Below are positions 38,275-47,652 of a stretch of 64,000 nt of DNA, piece by piece. The notes beneath the pieces were generated by a model. That model saw nothing but the letters and a program-made list of their open reading frames with translations, was not told where the DNA came from and searched no databases. Source of the stretch: Lachnospiraceae bacterium (GTDB lineage: Bacteria; Bacillota; Clostridia; Lachnospirales; Lachnospiraceae); assembly GCA_900771955.1 (NCBI GenBank), contig CAAGPW010000167.1:15951-79950 (forward strand). The letters run 5' to 3'. Each line of letters opens with the position of its first letter. Position 1 is the stretch's first letter. Both the position numbers and the translations under genes were made by a program.

Positions 38275-38866
38275 GGCAGCCCAGAATCAATATGCGGATG
38301 CCCCACAGATATATCTTTTCTCTGGGAATCTTCTTATGTTCTTTCGCCCGGAAAATCCAGATCTCCTTTTTCGACTTCTGGACCTTTTTTGTTTTCTCCT
38401 TTTTTACTTTAATTTTTTTCTTCGGTTTTGACGGTATTCTCCCATACAGAATCCCCCAGACCAAAAATGCGACCGCTACAGCAAGAGACCCCCACAGAAG
38501 AATTGGATAAATATTTTCATTTGACAAAAACGGTAACAGCCCTGTCAGTGGCGGAATATTTCGATAAAAATATTCTGTACTTACGCTGCGCACCAGTACA
38601 ATTCCCATGGCAAAACCTACCGTTGCACCGGTTCCGGCATATAAGTATACCTTCTGTCTGCGCATCAGGAATAATCCCAGATATAGCAACACTACCACAG
38701 GAATCATCGTATAAATCGTGAGGTGCAAAAAAGCAAATCCCCAGATGCACAAAGATGACAGCAAAATGGATGCTTTATCCTCTTTTACCACAAAATAAAA
38801 ATAGCCCATGAAAAAAGTGGCGATCAACATCTCTGTTAAAGCGGCTTTTCCTACCCAGATCACCAA
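38186..38866 (-). CDS. Hypothetical membrane protein with a Lys-rich linker.
   Basis: 4-5 TM helices and KPKKKIKVKKEKTKKVQKSKKE. Weak TTG/GTG start. Confidence 0.3.
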   Translation of the reverse strand: MVIWVGKAALTEMLIATFFMGYFYFVVKEDKASILLSSLCIWGFAFLHLTIYTMIPVVVLLYLGLFLMRRQKVYLYAGTGATVGFAMGIVLVRSVSTEYFYRNIPPLTGLLPFLSNENIYPILLWGSLAVAVAFLVWGILYGRIPSKPKKKIKVKKEKTKKVQKSKKEIWIFRAKEHKKIPREKIYLWGIRILILGCLAGTIAEMVRYGEERHAGVTIFIAAGVYE

Positions 38867-38969
38867 CGGCGAAAGAGTCCATGTGGCACAGCCACGATAA
38901 CCAGTGCGCTTCTCAAAAAAATCATGATATAGTTCAAAATATCAGCTCTACACGCTTCCCAAATCTGTA

Positions 38970-41312
38970 TCATTGCAATCCCTCTTTACTTGCTGTTTCT
39001 TCGGAATGTACTACCTTACCGAGCACATCCCCTCTGGATAATCCCTGCTCTAATTGTTTCATCCAATCAGAAAACTCTTCGTCTGTGGGTCTCCGTCCCA
39101 ATAAAAATCTATAAATCTGTTGTAAAAATTCATCGTCTGTTATTTGTTTTTGGCTCTCATAATACTTTTCGTATAATAGATTAATATTATCCAATAGCCC
39201 CTTTTCCTCAAACGCCTTGTAGGTACTTTTCAATTCATTCCCGTCCATAGATCTGCTATATAAAAGTGCAAAGTGTACATTTAATCTGCGCACCAGCGTC
39301 CCTTTTTCAGTTTCATCTATTTTTTCTCTATAGTATATTCCATCTTTCTGATCCACCATCTGAATCGCCCTTGGTGCATCCTGTTCCTCTTCCCAGCGAT
39401 AATAGAAATTGTTGGCCTCTTCCGCTGTTTCCTGTTCGCCCAATGCCATATTTACACCGCCATCCAGATATCTTCTGGCGTAAACTGCACCGTTTTTCGT
39501 TTCTACTACAATATCTACTTTCTGCTCTTCACTGATATTATAGCCCCATCCGGTGAGAATCTTACTTCCATCTTCTGTTTCTGTAATGCGATAATCCAAA
39601 ATGCAGTCTGTATCGTTACCTTCTGTCCCTGTTTCTTCCTCATAAGGGGTATACTCTGTCCGCTTCAGGAGGTAATAGAGTACTTTTCCTCCCAGTTTCT
39701 TATATTCCCCTTCCAGTGTTACGGTATATCCGCATTCCTGCAGGCTCCTGACCACCTGTTCATTTGCTTCCCTTTGATAGGGGAGCACTACTACAATAAT
39801 CCTGTCCGGATATAATTCTGTTTCCTCAAGCCCACTCATATCTCCGTTTTCCGGAAGAAATACCTGTCGGATGGGAATTGCATTCTGTCCTTCCTCCAGC
39901 ACTCTCTTCTTTCCGTTTATATCCCAATAGCAAGGCAGTCTGTCCTCTTCATTTCCAATCTGCATCGCTGTACTGTCTTCGTCGCTATAGATCACCGTGT
40001 TTTCATCATAACTGCATTTCTTCAAAGCCTTGTTATATGCCCTGTTCAGGAAAGTATACTGGTGATTATAGCACATGCCATCCCCATAATAAATGCCCCT
40101 CGTTTCATCACAGGCATAGACCATGTCTATCATACCTGTCTCCACTTTCTGAAACGCCAGATGTGTCAAAGGATCTATCGTCACAAAAGCTTCCACTGCA
40201 AAAAGTACAAGCATTCCCACCATAGCTTTACAAACTTTAGATCCATAGCTGTATCTGCTCCGTAGAATTGCATTCCAGATCAATGCTGTCATAAGCAGAA
40301 GCGCCATATCGGATATAATATTATAGCGGGGCAATGCTGCCGTAATATAAAACAGTCCGAACAAAACAAAGGTAGTTTCCACCGCGGCCGTTAAAATCAA
40401 TATTCTTTTTTCCTGCCAATGCAGTCGTATCTTCTGTTTCCATAATACTACAATTCCGACAGCCAGACACAGACAGACGATCCACTGAAAGTTTAGTACA
40501 AAAAAGGACTTTAGCTTGGTTAAGATATAATGTCCTTCCCAGCCAAAAATATTATATCGATCCTCGGAAACATAGGTATTGACATCATTCCAGCCACCTC
40601 CTTCTTCGTTCATCAGAAGGTACAGATAGGCAAATGCTGCGGGTGCCATCGCCCATAATTTCAGGTCAAAGAGTGTTTTCCGCACTCGGGTCAGGATCTT
40701 TGCTTTATTTTCCACAAAAAGGATTACAATATAAGTAATTCCAAAAACTCCTAATAATAAAGCTCCCGTCTCCTTGGATTCACTCATTCCAAGCGCCGCA
40801 ATACATACGACTAATTTTCTGTCATATACCATTCCATAGATCAGATATACAAAGAATAATGCCACTCCAAGATCCAGGTGCACATAAACTGACAATCCAA
40901 AAAATAATGGAAGCACTGAAAAAAGTGCTGTCTCCAGCACCAGAATTGTTTCCTTTACTTCCGGAAACAGCTTATGCAGAATACGGTAAAAGCACCAGAT
41001 GGCCAGAAGTTCCATAATGACATTGATTATTTGTGGTCCAATGGCTTTTCCCGGCAGCAGGAACTCACCAATCCCCAGAATCAATGCATAAAACAGGGAT
41101 CTGTGACTTGCCAGTGAGAAGATTTTCATAATATAATCTCCCCATAGCACAAAATTCTTACAGGCAAATCGCAGTCCATCATAGTAGATTGCGCTGTCCC
41201 ATCTGGGGATTTCCCCTACCATAAGAAATCGCGCGATCCCGGCAATCAATAACAGAATTTCTATTTTATATTGTTTTTGGATTTTAGTTTTGAAGTTTTC
41301 TTTCACTCGCAT
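38970..41312 (-). CDS. GT-C-like (ArnT/PMT-type) polytopic membrane glycosyltransferase with a C-terminal extracytoplasmic DUF4214-like repeat.
   Basis: About 12 N-terminal TM helices. C-terminal soluble region ends in FLQQIYRFLLGRRPTDEEFSDWMKQLEQGLSRGDVLGKVVHSEE. Confidence 0.5.
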   Translation of the reverse strand: MRVKENFKTKIQKQYKIEILLLIAGIARFLMVGEIPRWDSAIYYDGLRFACKNFVLWGDYIMKIFSLASHRSLFYALILGIGEFLLPGKAIGPQIINVIMELLAIWCFYRILHKLFPEVKETILVLETALFSVLPLFFGLSVYVHLDLGVALFFVYLIYGMVYDRKLVVCIAALGMSESKETGALLLGVFGITYIVILFVENKAKILTRVRKTLFDLKLWAMAPAAFAYLYLLMNEEGGGWNDVNTYVSEDRYNIFGWEGHYILTKLKSFFVLNFQWIVCLCLAVGIVVLWKQKIRLHWQEKRILILTAAVETTFVLFGLFYITAALPRYNIISDMALLLMTALIWNAILRSRYSYGSKVCKAMVGMLVLFAVEAFVTIDPLTHLAFQKVETGMIDMVYACDETRGIYYGDGMCYNHQYTFLNRAYNKALKKCSYDENTVIYSDEDSTAMQIGNEEDRLPCYWDINGKKRVLEEGQNAIPIRQVFLPENGDMSGLEETELYPDRIIVVVLPYQREANEQVVRSLQECGYTVTLEGEYKKLGGKVLYYLLKRTEYTPYEEETGTEGNDTDCILDYRITETEDGSKILTGWGYNISEEQKVDIVVETKNGAVYARRYLDGGVNMALGEQETAEEANNFYYRWEEEQDAPRAIQMVDQKDGIYYREKIDETEKGTLVRRLNVHFALLYSRSMDGNELKSTYKAFEEKGLLDNINLLYEKYYESQKQITDDEFLQQIYRFLLGRRPTDEEFSDWMKQLEQGLSRGDVLGKVVHSEETASKEGLQ

Positions 41313-41331
41313 CCTCTATCATAAACCTTTA

Positions 41332-42429
41332 TTATGTCAATCTCTCCAGCACCTCCAGAAGTCTCCCGGATGTCTTCTCCTGTCCGAACTGCTTCCACCT
41401 CTGCCGCTGTCCTTCCAGTACACGCTTCCGCAGTTCTTCATCTTCTTCCAGTGCTGCAATTTTCCCTGCAGCTTCCTCCGGCCGGCTGTTCGAAAGAAGT
41501 ACACCGGCACCGCCCAGTGTCTCTCCTACCGCAGCGGCATCCAGAGCAACTACCGGAATGTCAAAGTACATTGCTTCCACCAGCGGAATGCAGAAGCCCT
41601 CATGCTCACTCATGCACAGAAAAATATCCGCACAGCGGTAGTATGCCAGCAGTTCCGGAAATGTAGTATGTCCTGTAAAAACAACCTTTTCCTGTAGTCC
41701 CAGATGCACTGCATAGGCCTGAAGATTTTTACGGTACTGCTCCGTTCCCGCGTCATTTCCTACCAGAAAAAGTCTTGTATTCGTATTATAGTTATAATAA
41801 TATGCCGCAAAAGCAGCGATCAAATGCTCTATTTTCTTATTCGGTGCAACCCTTCCGGTAAACAGAAGATTCACCGTGTCTCCGTTTTGATAGTGTTCCA
41901 GTATTGCCTTCTGTGGTGTTTTCTCATAATCTGCAAAGGGAATCAGGATCGGGATGATCTCCATGGGACAGGTATAGCCCATGTGGACAAGGCCCTGCCT
42001 GTTATAGTCCGATACTGCCAGAACAGCATCGGGAATATCCCTCATCTGTTCCGCTTCCCGAAGGCCGTCCTCGCATTTTTTCTCCAGAAACGGATTATAC
42101 CCCCGGTAGAATTCCGGAGGCGTAATATTGTGATAACGAAACAGGATCTTACAGCCCTGTGCCTTACCTCTGCGAAGCATTTCCTGCAAATGGCTTCCGG
42201 TCGAGAGGTGGAACAGGATTACATCCCCCGTTCCCACCTCCGGCAGGTCACCCACCGGGGATACCGCCTGAGGATCCACGCCATTGCCGATATACTCTGC
42301 ATAAATATGAGATTCCAGACCTGCTCTTACCAGCGTCCGGTGAATCTCCATGGCATCATTGCTGACAGCGTCTCCTCTGGTAACAGACGGTAACAGTTGC
42401 AATATTCTTCTATTGTCTGATCTGTCCAT
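41332..42429 (-). CDS. GT4 glycosyltransferase.
   Basis: C-terminal E...EGFCIPLVEAM motif. Paralogous to 46047-47120. Confidence 0.75.
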   Translation of the reverse strand: MDRSDNRRILQLLPSVTRGDAVSNDAMEIHRTLVRAGLESHIYAEYIGNGVDPQAVSPVGDLPEVGTGDVILFHLSTGSHLQEMLRRGKAQGCKILFRYHNITPPEFYRGYNPFLEKKCEDGLREAEQMRDIPDAVLAVSDYNRQGLVHMGYTCPMEIIPILIPFADYEKTPQKAILEHYQNGDTVNLLFTGRVAPNKKIEHLIAAFAAYYYNYNTNTRLFLVGNDAGTEQYRKNLQAYAVHLGLQEKVVFTGHTTFPELLAYYRCADIFLCMSEHEGFCIPLVEAMYFDIPVVALDAAAVGETLGGAGVLLSNSRPEEAAGKIAALEEDEELRKRVLEGQRQRWKQFGQEKTSGRLLEVLERLT

Positions 42430-42443
42430 GGCATTCCCTTTCG

Positions 42444-42815
42444 CTAGTTATTTTCTGTGTTCCCGGTGCTGATTCTGTGCTCGATCTCTTCCAGTTCTCT
42501 GACGATCTGATTCAGGCAGCTCTGCTGTGCCAGATTTACTGCATTCTGCTGTTGAATCACCGGTCCCATGGTTGCCGTCAATATCTTTTTCATCAGTTTC
42601 TTGATGAGGCTGCCCCCCGGAACAGACGATGCGGTGGAGAAGTCCATCACCACCGTATTCTGCTGTTCCAATAATTTCACCTGCATACGAAGTTGTACGA
42701 TTCGTTCCGGGAGATCCGTTGTCTTCTCTCCCAACAGAAATTCTTCATAGGATTCCGGTTGATATTTCTGCTTATTTGTCTGCTCCATCTGCTCCCTCAC
42801 TGATCTTCCACTCAT
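42444..42815 (-). CDS. Small coiled-coil protein of unknown function, coupled to the downstream GT4.
   Basis: ORF of 123 aa with a Q/E-rich helix. Weakly similar to 47117-47554. Confidence 0.4.
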   Translation of the reverse strand: MSGRSVREQMEQTNKQKYQPESYEEFLLGEKTTDLPERIVQLRMQVKLLEQQNTVVMDFSTASSVPGGSLIKKLMKKILTATMGPVIQQQNAVNLAQQSCLNQIVRELEEIEHRISTGNTENN

Positions 42816-44028
42816 GGTCTACGCTGAATACGCCGACTTCCTCCGTGTCGGAAGTGATGTCGATCTGCGCCGCCTCGCGGAAGAAATCTACCGGGTCCCC
42901 TTCTGCATTTTCAATCGAAAAATCAAGAACATAGCGGGAAGGGAGGAGGTGGATATCCTTTAACACCAGCTCCGCCGTTCCGTCCTCGGAGAGATCAAAG
43001 CATTTATGCTTGTCGATCCTCGTATTGGTGCCGTAACAGTGCTGACCGTCGAGACGGTAAATAGCCAGACCCAGGATCGCATTTTTTACCGGTGCCTTTA
43101 CGCTGTATCCCAGCTTGATATAGACATCTCCGCCCATAGGGAATGATTCCTGTTCTTCTCCGTCTGCATCCGTGATCTGAACGCTCTCAAACTTCGCTTC
43201 CCCGTTACCCCAGCGTTTTGCGTCTTCCTCGGGATCGATATTACCCAGTGCGATCTGACGCTCTCTCTCCTTCTCTTCGATCTGCTTGCGCTTCTCATCC
43301 ATGTAGTCGAGATACTGTGCATGTACCTCCTTGGGTCTGCCCTCTGCACGGATCAGTCCCTTATGGATCCAGATGGACCGGTCACAGATCTGTTCGATCT
43401 GGTCCAGAGAATGAGATACAATAACGATAGTCGTTCCATTTTTCTTGATCTCTTTCAGCTTATCAAAGCATTTTCTCTGGAAGTTGGCATCACCTACCGC
43501 AAGGATCTCATCGATCAGCAACACCTCTGCATCCACATTGATAGCTACGGAAAAGGCAAGTCTCATATACATTCCCGAAGAGTAAGTTCTCACAGGGTTG
43601 TCAATGAACTCTTCCAGCTCAGAAAAAGCAATAATATCATCCACACGGCGGTCGATCTCTTTTTTGCTCAATCCGAAAATGGAAGCATTGATATAAATGT
43701 TCTCTCTGCCGCTCATATCCGGATGGAATCCCGCACCCAGCTCGATCAGGCTGGACACTCTGCCTGCTACCTCAATGGTTCCGCTCTCCGGATACATGAT
43801 CCTGCTGAGGAGCTTCAGGGTCGTACTTTTACCGCAGCCATTATGGCCGATCAGTCCGACAGCCTCACCTCTGGCTACATCGAAGCTGATTCCCCGCAGT
43901 ACTTCGCGCTTTTCATATTTTCTTCTTTTCTGAAAAAGGGTAAATTCCTTGATACTTTTTCCACGATCCAGATAGACTTTGAAGCTTCTGGTCACATCTT
44001 TCACTTCTATGGCATTTCCTGGTTTCAT
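42772..44028 (-). CDS. ABC transporter ATP-binding protein of Wzt/TagH type with a C-terminal carbohydrate-binding-like extension.
   Basis: Walker A GHNGCGKST. Signature YSSGMYMRLAF. Walker B LLIDE. About 170 extra C-terminal residues. The start is overlapped by the upstream stop (TAATG). Confidence 0.85.
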   Translation of the reverse strand: MKPGNAIEVKDVTRSFKVYLDRGKSIKEFTLFQKRRKYEKREVLRGISFDVARGEAVGLIGHNGCGKSTTLKLLSRIMYPESGTIEVAGRVSSLIELGAGFHPDMSGRENIYINASIFGLSKKEIDRRVDDIIAFSELEEFIDNPVRTYSSGMYMRLAFSVAINVDAEVLLIDEILAVGDANFQRKCFDKLKEIKKNGTTIVIVSHSLDQIEQICDRSIWIHKGLIRAEGRPKEVHAQYLDYMDEKRKQIEEKERERQIALGNIDPEEDAKRWGNGEAKFESVQITDADGEEQESFPMGGDVYIKLGYSVKAPVKNAILGLAIYRLDGQHCYGTNTRIDKHKCFDLSEDGTAELVLKDIHLLPSRYVLDFSIENAEGDPVDFFREAAQIDITSDTEEVGVFSVDHEWKISEGADGADK

Positions 44029-44807
44029 TACAGTTCCTCCGAAAAATGACGTTGTAAGTGCTGGAATACGATATATCCGATGACCAGCAATGCAACGGAC
44101 AGTACGCCGCCCATTACAAGAGTTCTAAGCTGCGGAACCTGCTTGTAATAGAAAATATCGCGGTAGGCATTGATGATCGGTGTCATGGGATTCAGTTCAT
44201 AAATAGGACGGATCCTCTCCGGCACATAATCCATAGGGTACATAACAGGAGTCAGGAACTGCCATGCCATTGTTACGATTCCCAAGATGTATTCCATATC
44301 CCGGAAAAATACCGTAATAGCGGATGCAATCAGTGCAAATCCCAATGCCAGAATATATTCCATGATCACAACAATAGGGAAATACAGGATCGCATGGAAA
44401 TTAAACCCGATCCCCGAGAAAACGATCACGACAACAACTACGATAAAGGACAGCAGCATATTGACCAGCATGCTTGTCACATAGGAGATCGGAAGGACCA
44501 TTCTCGGAAAATATATTTTGTTCACCATATCCTTCTGTGCTTTGATACATCCTGCACCGCCGGAGACAGAGGTACTGAAAAACAGCCAGGGGATCAATGC
44601 TACAAACAGGAACAGATAATAGCGGTCCACCATACGGTTCGGGAGGATATAGCCGAACACAAAGGTATACACCAGCAGTTGGAACAAAGGATTGATAAAT
44701 GTCCACAAAAATCCCAATACGGATCCTTTATATCTGCCCCGCAGATCTCTTCTGACGAGACTGAATATCATTTCTCTGTAATCATATATTTCTCTTAGAC
44801 TCTTCAA
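44028..44807 (-). CDS. ABC-2 type polysaccharide/teichoic-acid export permease (Wzm/TagG-like).
   Basis: 6 TM helices with an ABC-2 layout. Overlaps the ATPase gene. Confidence 0.8.
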   Translation of the reverse strand: MKSLREIYDYREMIFSLVRRDLRGRYKGSVLGFLWTFINPLFQLLVYTFVFGYILPNRMVDRYYLFLFVALIPWLFFSTSVSGGAGCIKAQKDMVNKIYFPRMVLPISYVTSMLVNMLLSFIVVVVVIVFSGIGFNFHAILYFPIVVIMEYILALGFALIASAITVFFRDMEYILGIVTMAWQFLTPVMYPMDYVPERIRPIYELNPMTPIINAYRDIFYYKQVPQLRTLVMGGVLSVALLVIGYIVFQHLQRHFSEEL

Positions 44808-46006
44808 GACTTCTCTCCTTTAGACAACTTTTCAAAGTACTCTGTATATTTACGCACAATAACGTCCCATGCGAAATTGTCCAACACAAACTGTCTTCCC
44901 AGCTTACCCATAGCGGAAGCCTTCTCGGGATTGTTCAGATAAAAATCGATTGCTTTCTCAAATTCATAATAATTTGCAAAATACAGACCGCCATTGGATG
45001 TCTCGGCAAAATGTTTTGTCACCCTGCAGGACTCATGTACCAGCACCGGTCTCTCACACAGCCAGCTTTCCATAATAACCAGGGAAAAGCTCTCATTTTT
45101 GGACGGCTGACACAGTACAGTGGCTGCTCCATACGCATCAAATTTATCCTGCAGATCCAGAAATCCCAGATCAATCACATCATGCTCGATCGTATCGGGA
45201 ACCTCTACCTTGCCGCCGCCGATCAATACAAGTTTCAGGTTATTATCATGATGCGCCTTATATTCTTCAAACTGATAGATTAAAGAATAGATATTTTTTC
45301 CCGCATCCTTACGTCCTGCGTAGAGGATAAACGGATCATGGATCTTATATTTTTCACGAAACCGCTCTGCATCATAGGTAAGATCCGTATCCACGCCTTC
45401 TCCCAGTACTTCATGGTGGACGGAGGACAGATCATAAGCTCTCTCTGCAAGCTGCTGCTCCGGCAGTGCATGGAAGATCATTCCCTTAACCTGTGAAAAG
45501 GCTTTTTTGAAAATTTCCATGTAGATATAGCTTTCATCATGGAAGCAGGGAATCAGTACCGCCTTGTCAAAGCACTCCTGAATTCCATTGTAGGTCGTTC
45601 CGAACATATATGGAATAAATACGAACAGGCTGTATTCCTCCTTATGCTTCCGGATATATTCATACAGCGCAGGACTGTTGACCATCTCACGTTCAAATGC
45701 CTCTTCCTCTTCCGCCGACAAAGGGATCTGTCCCTTCATCAGTTTAGCATTGACTTTGGCAAACGTTCTGGTGTCTCTCTTCTTACGGACACGGAAACGG
45801 CGCACTACGATTCCGTTTTCAATGCTTGTTCCGGCTCTTTTTGCATTTTTGCTCCAGTCCGATGCGAACTGTTTTACACAGGTGGTCAGAATCTCCAGTT
45901 CCACACCTGCATCATGCATATGCTTGGTCAGTCCCCGCAGCTCTGCTTCTGCACCGCCCGGAATATCGAGTCCGAACCAGGGGATCACAAATCCTAATTT
46001 TTTCAC
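44804..46006 (-). CDS. GT4 glycosyltransferase.
   Basis: GT-B fold. C-terminal E-x7-E-like region (SFSLVIMESWLCERPVLVH). Confidence 0.7.
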   Translation of the reverse strand: MKKLGFVIPWFGLDIPGGAEAELRGLTKHMHDAGVELEILTTCVKQFASDWSKNAKRAGTSIENGIVVRRFRVRKKRDTRTFAKVNAKLMKGQIPLSAEEEEAFEREMVNSPALYEYIRKHKEEYSLFVFIPYMFGTTYNGIQECFDKAVLIPCFHDESYIYMEIFKKAFSQVKGMIFHALPEQQLAERAYDLSSVHHEVLGEGVDTDLTYDAERFREKYKIHDPFILYAGRKDAGKNIYSLIYQFEEYKAHHDNNLKLVLIGGGKVEVPDTIEHDVIDLGFLDLQDKFDAYGAATVLCQPSKNESFSLVIMESWLCERPVLVHESCRVTKHFAETSNGGLYFANYYEFEKAIDFYLNNPEKASAMGKLGRQFVLDNFAWDVIVRKYTEYFEKLSKGEKS

Positions 46007-46046
46007 TCTATTGCCCTCGCTCTAATTCTTTCTATGCGTTTACGAT

Positions 46047-47120
46047 TTATGCCTGTAAAAACGGCTGGAGGAAGTCCATATACGCCTTCTCCACTCTCTC
46101 GTGGGAAAATGCTTCCAGACGTTCCTTCTGGTTCGCCAGGATCTTGTCCCTCAGTTCCGCATGCTTCACCAGATAGTCGATCATTCCGGCTGTTTCCAAC
46201 GGTTTCTTCTCTTTGAGCAGAATGCCTCCGCCTCCCATGGTATCGCCTACTGCCGTACTGTCATAGGCGATGATCGGATCTCCGAAATACATCGCTTCCA
46301 CTACAGGCACACAGAATCCTTCATGCTCACTCATGCACAGAAATACATCTGCCGCCCGGTAACACGCCAGAATCTTGGGAAAGCTGATCTGCCCGGTAAA
46401 GATCACATCGTCCTTGATTCCCAGAATATCTGCATATACTTTAAGGCTTTCTCCGTAAGTATCCACTCCTGCAAAGGAACCTACCAGGATCAGGCGGGAC
46501 TTCGGATTGTAATACTTCTTATAATAATAAAAGGCCTCGATCAGGTCTTCCTGTTTCTTGTTGGGCACTACCCGGCCGACAAATACGATGTTCGTATAAT
46601 CATCGTCACGGTACTGCTGCAGCGTCTCCGCATCCGGCTCCTTTTTGTAGTCATCAAATGCGATCAGGATCGGAATATCCGTCATAGGACAGGCATAGCC
46701 TAATTCCTCCAGTTCCTGCTGATTATATTTGGAGTCGGAAACACAGGCATCCATTTTCCCTGCCATGTACGCCAGGTCTTCTCTTGCCTCGATACATCCC
46801 TTCTCCGCCGCACTCAGGTATCCACGGAAAAAATGTGCCGGTGTGATATTGTGGTAATTCATGATCTTGGGTGCCTGATATTCCAGCACCTTACGGTTCA
46901 ACGGAGATCCTGTTGACATATGATAAAGGATCACATCACCTTTTTGTTCTTTGTAATAGTCGATGGGTTCCGCCTTTCCTCTGGGAATCCGGGAATCCAC
47001 CATTTCTGCGTATATTTTATTCTTGTAGCCTCTTCGGGTAAACGCGTCCGATAATGCCAGAACATGATTGCCGATGGCATCTCCGAAAGCGATCACGGGC
47101 AGGATCTGTATGATTCTCAT
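46047..47120 (-). CDS. GT4 glycosyltransferase (paralog of 41332-42429).
   Basis: LCMSEHEGFCVPVVEAMYF motif. Confidence 0.75.
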   Translation of the reverse strand: MRIIQILPVIAFGDAIGNHVLALSDAFTRRGYKNKIYAEMVDSRIPRGKAEPIDYYKEQKGDVILYHMSTGSPLNRKVLEYQAPKIMNYHNITPAHFFRGYLSAAEKGCIEAREDLAYMAGKMDACVSDSKYNQQELEELGYACPMTDIPILIAFDDYKKEPDAETLQQYRDDDYTNIVFVGRVVPNKKQEDLIEAFYYYKKYYNPKSRLILVGSFAGVDTYGESLKVYADILGIKDDVIFTGQISFPKILACYRAADVFLCMSEHEGFCVPVVEAMYFGDPIIAYDSTAVGDTMGGGGILLKEKKPLETAGMIDYLVKHAELRDKILANQKERLEAFSHERVEKAYMDFLQPFLQA

Positions 47121-47554
47121 AATGTTTTTCCCTTTTTCAGCGTCTCAATTTCCTGTTTCAGCAGATTGATCTCCTCCTGCTGAGCAGCCAGTCTCTTGTC
47201 GGTCTGGCGGATATAGTTACGCATCTGCTGGATACAGTGTTCAGTGCCATTATTAAAAGCATTCTGATACTGGAAGGCCGGATAAATCACGAACAAAAGT
47301 ACTCTTCTGACCGCCCTCTGCAGAAATACCTTGACCGGATTGCCTTTCAGCGGGAAATATACCGGGTTGGCATAATGTTTGCTGATATATTCCAGTTTGA
47401 TATCCAGCTCTTTTTCATTATATCTCTTCTCAAGATCCGACACATCCACATTGGCAAGTGCAGTCATATAGTTCATCTGCTCCTCCGTATAGCCCTTTTC
47501 GGCGATCTCGCTGCGGATGCCTTTCATAATCTCATCTACATTTATATCGTACAC
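47117..47554 (-). CDS. Small coiled-coil protein of unknown function, coupled to the downstream GT4. GTG start.
   Basis: RBS TAGGAGGT lies 7 nt upstream of the GTG. ATGA-type overlap with the downstream gene. Confidence 0.4.
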   Translation of the reverse strand: MYDINVDEIMKGIRSEIAEKGYTEEQMNYMTALANVDVSDLEKRYNEKELDIKLEYISKHYANPVYFPLKGNPVKVFLQRAVRRVLLFVIYPAFQYQNAFNNGTEHCIQQMRNYIRQTDKRLAAQQEEINLLKQEIETLKKGKTL

Positions 47555-47578
47555 GCAGTTACCTCCTAAATATCTCTA

Positions 47579-47614
47579 AGACAGCCAGCACCCTTCTGAA
47601 AGCGCTGGCTGTCT
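47579..47614. terminator. Hairpin downstream of the beta-helix protein gene.
   Basis: 11-bp perfect stem agacagccagc/gctggctgtct with a 14-nt loop. Confidence 0.4.
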
Positions 47615-47652
47615 CATTGTTTGCGGCAGTTATGAAATTGCCTGCCTTCCTA

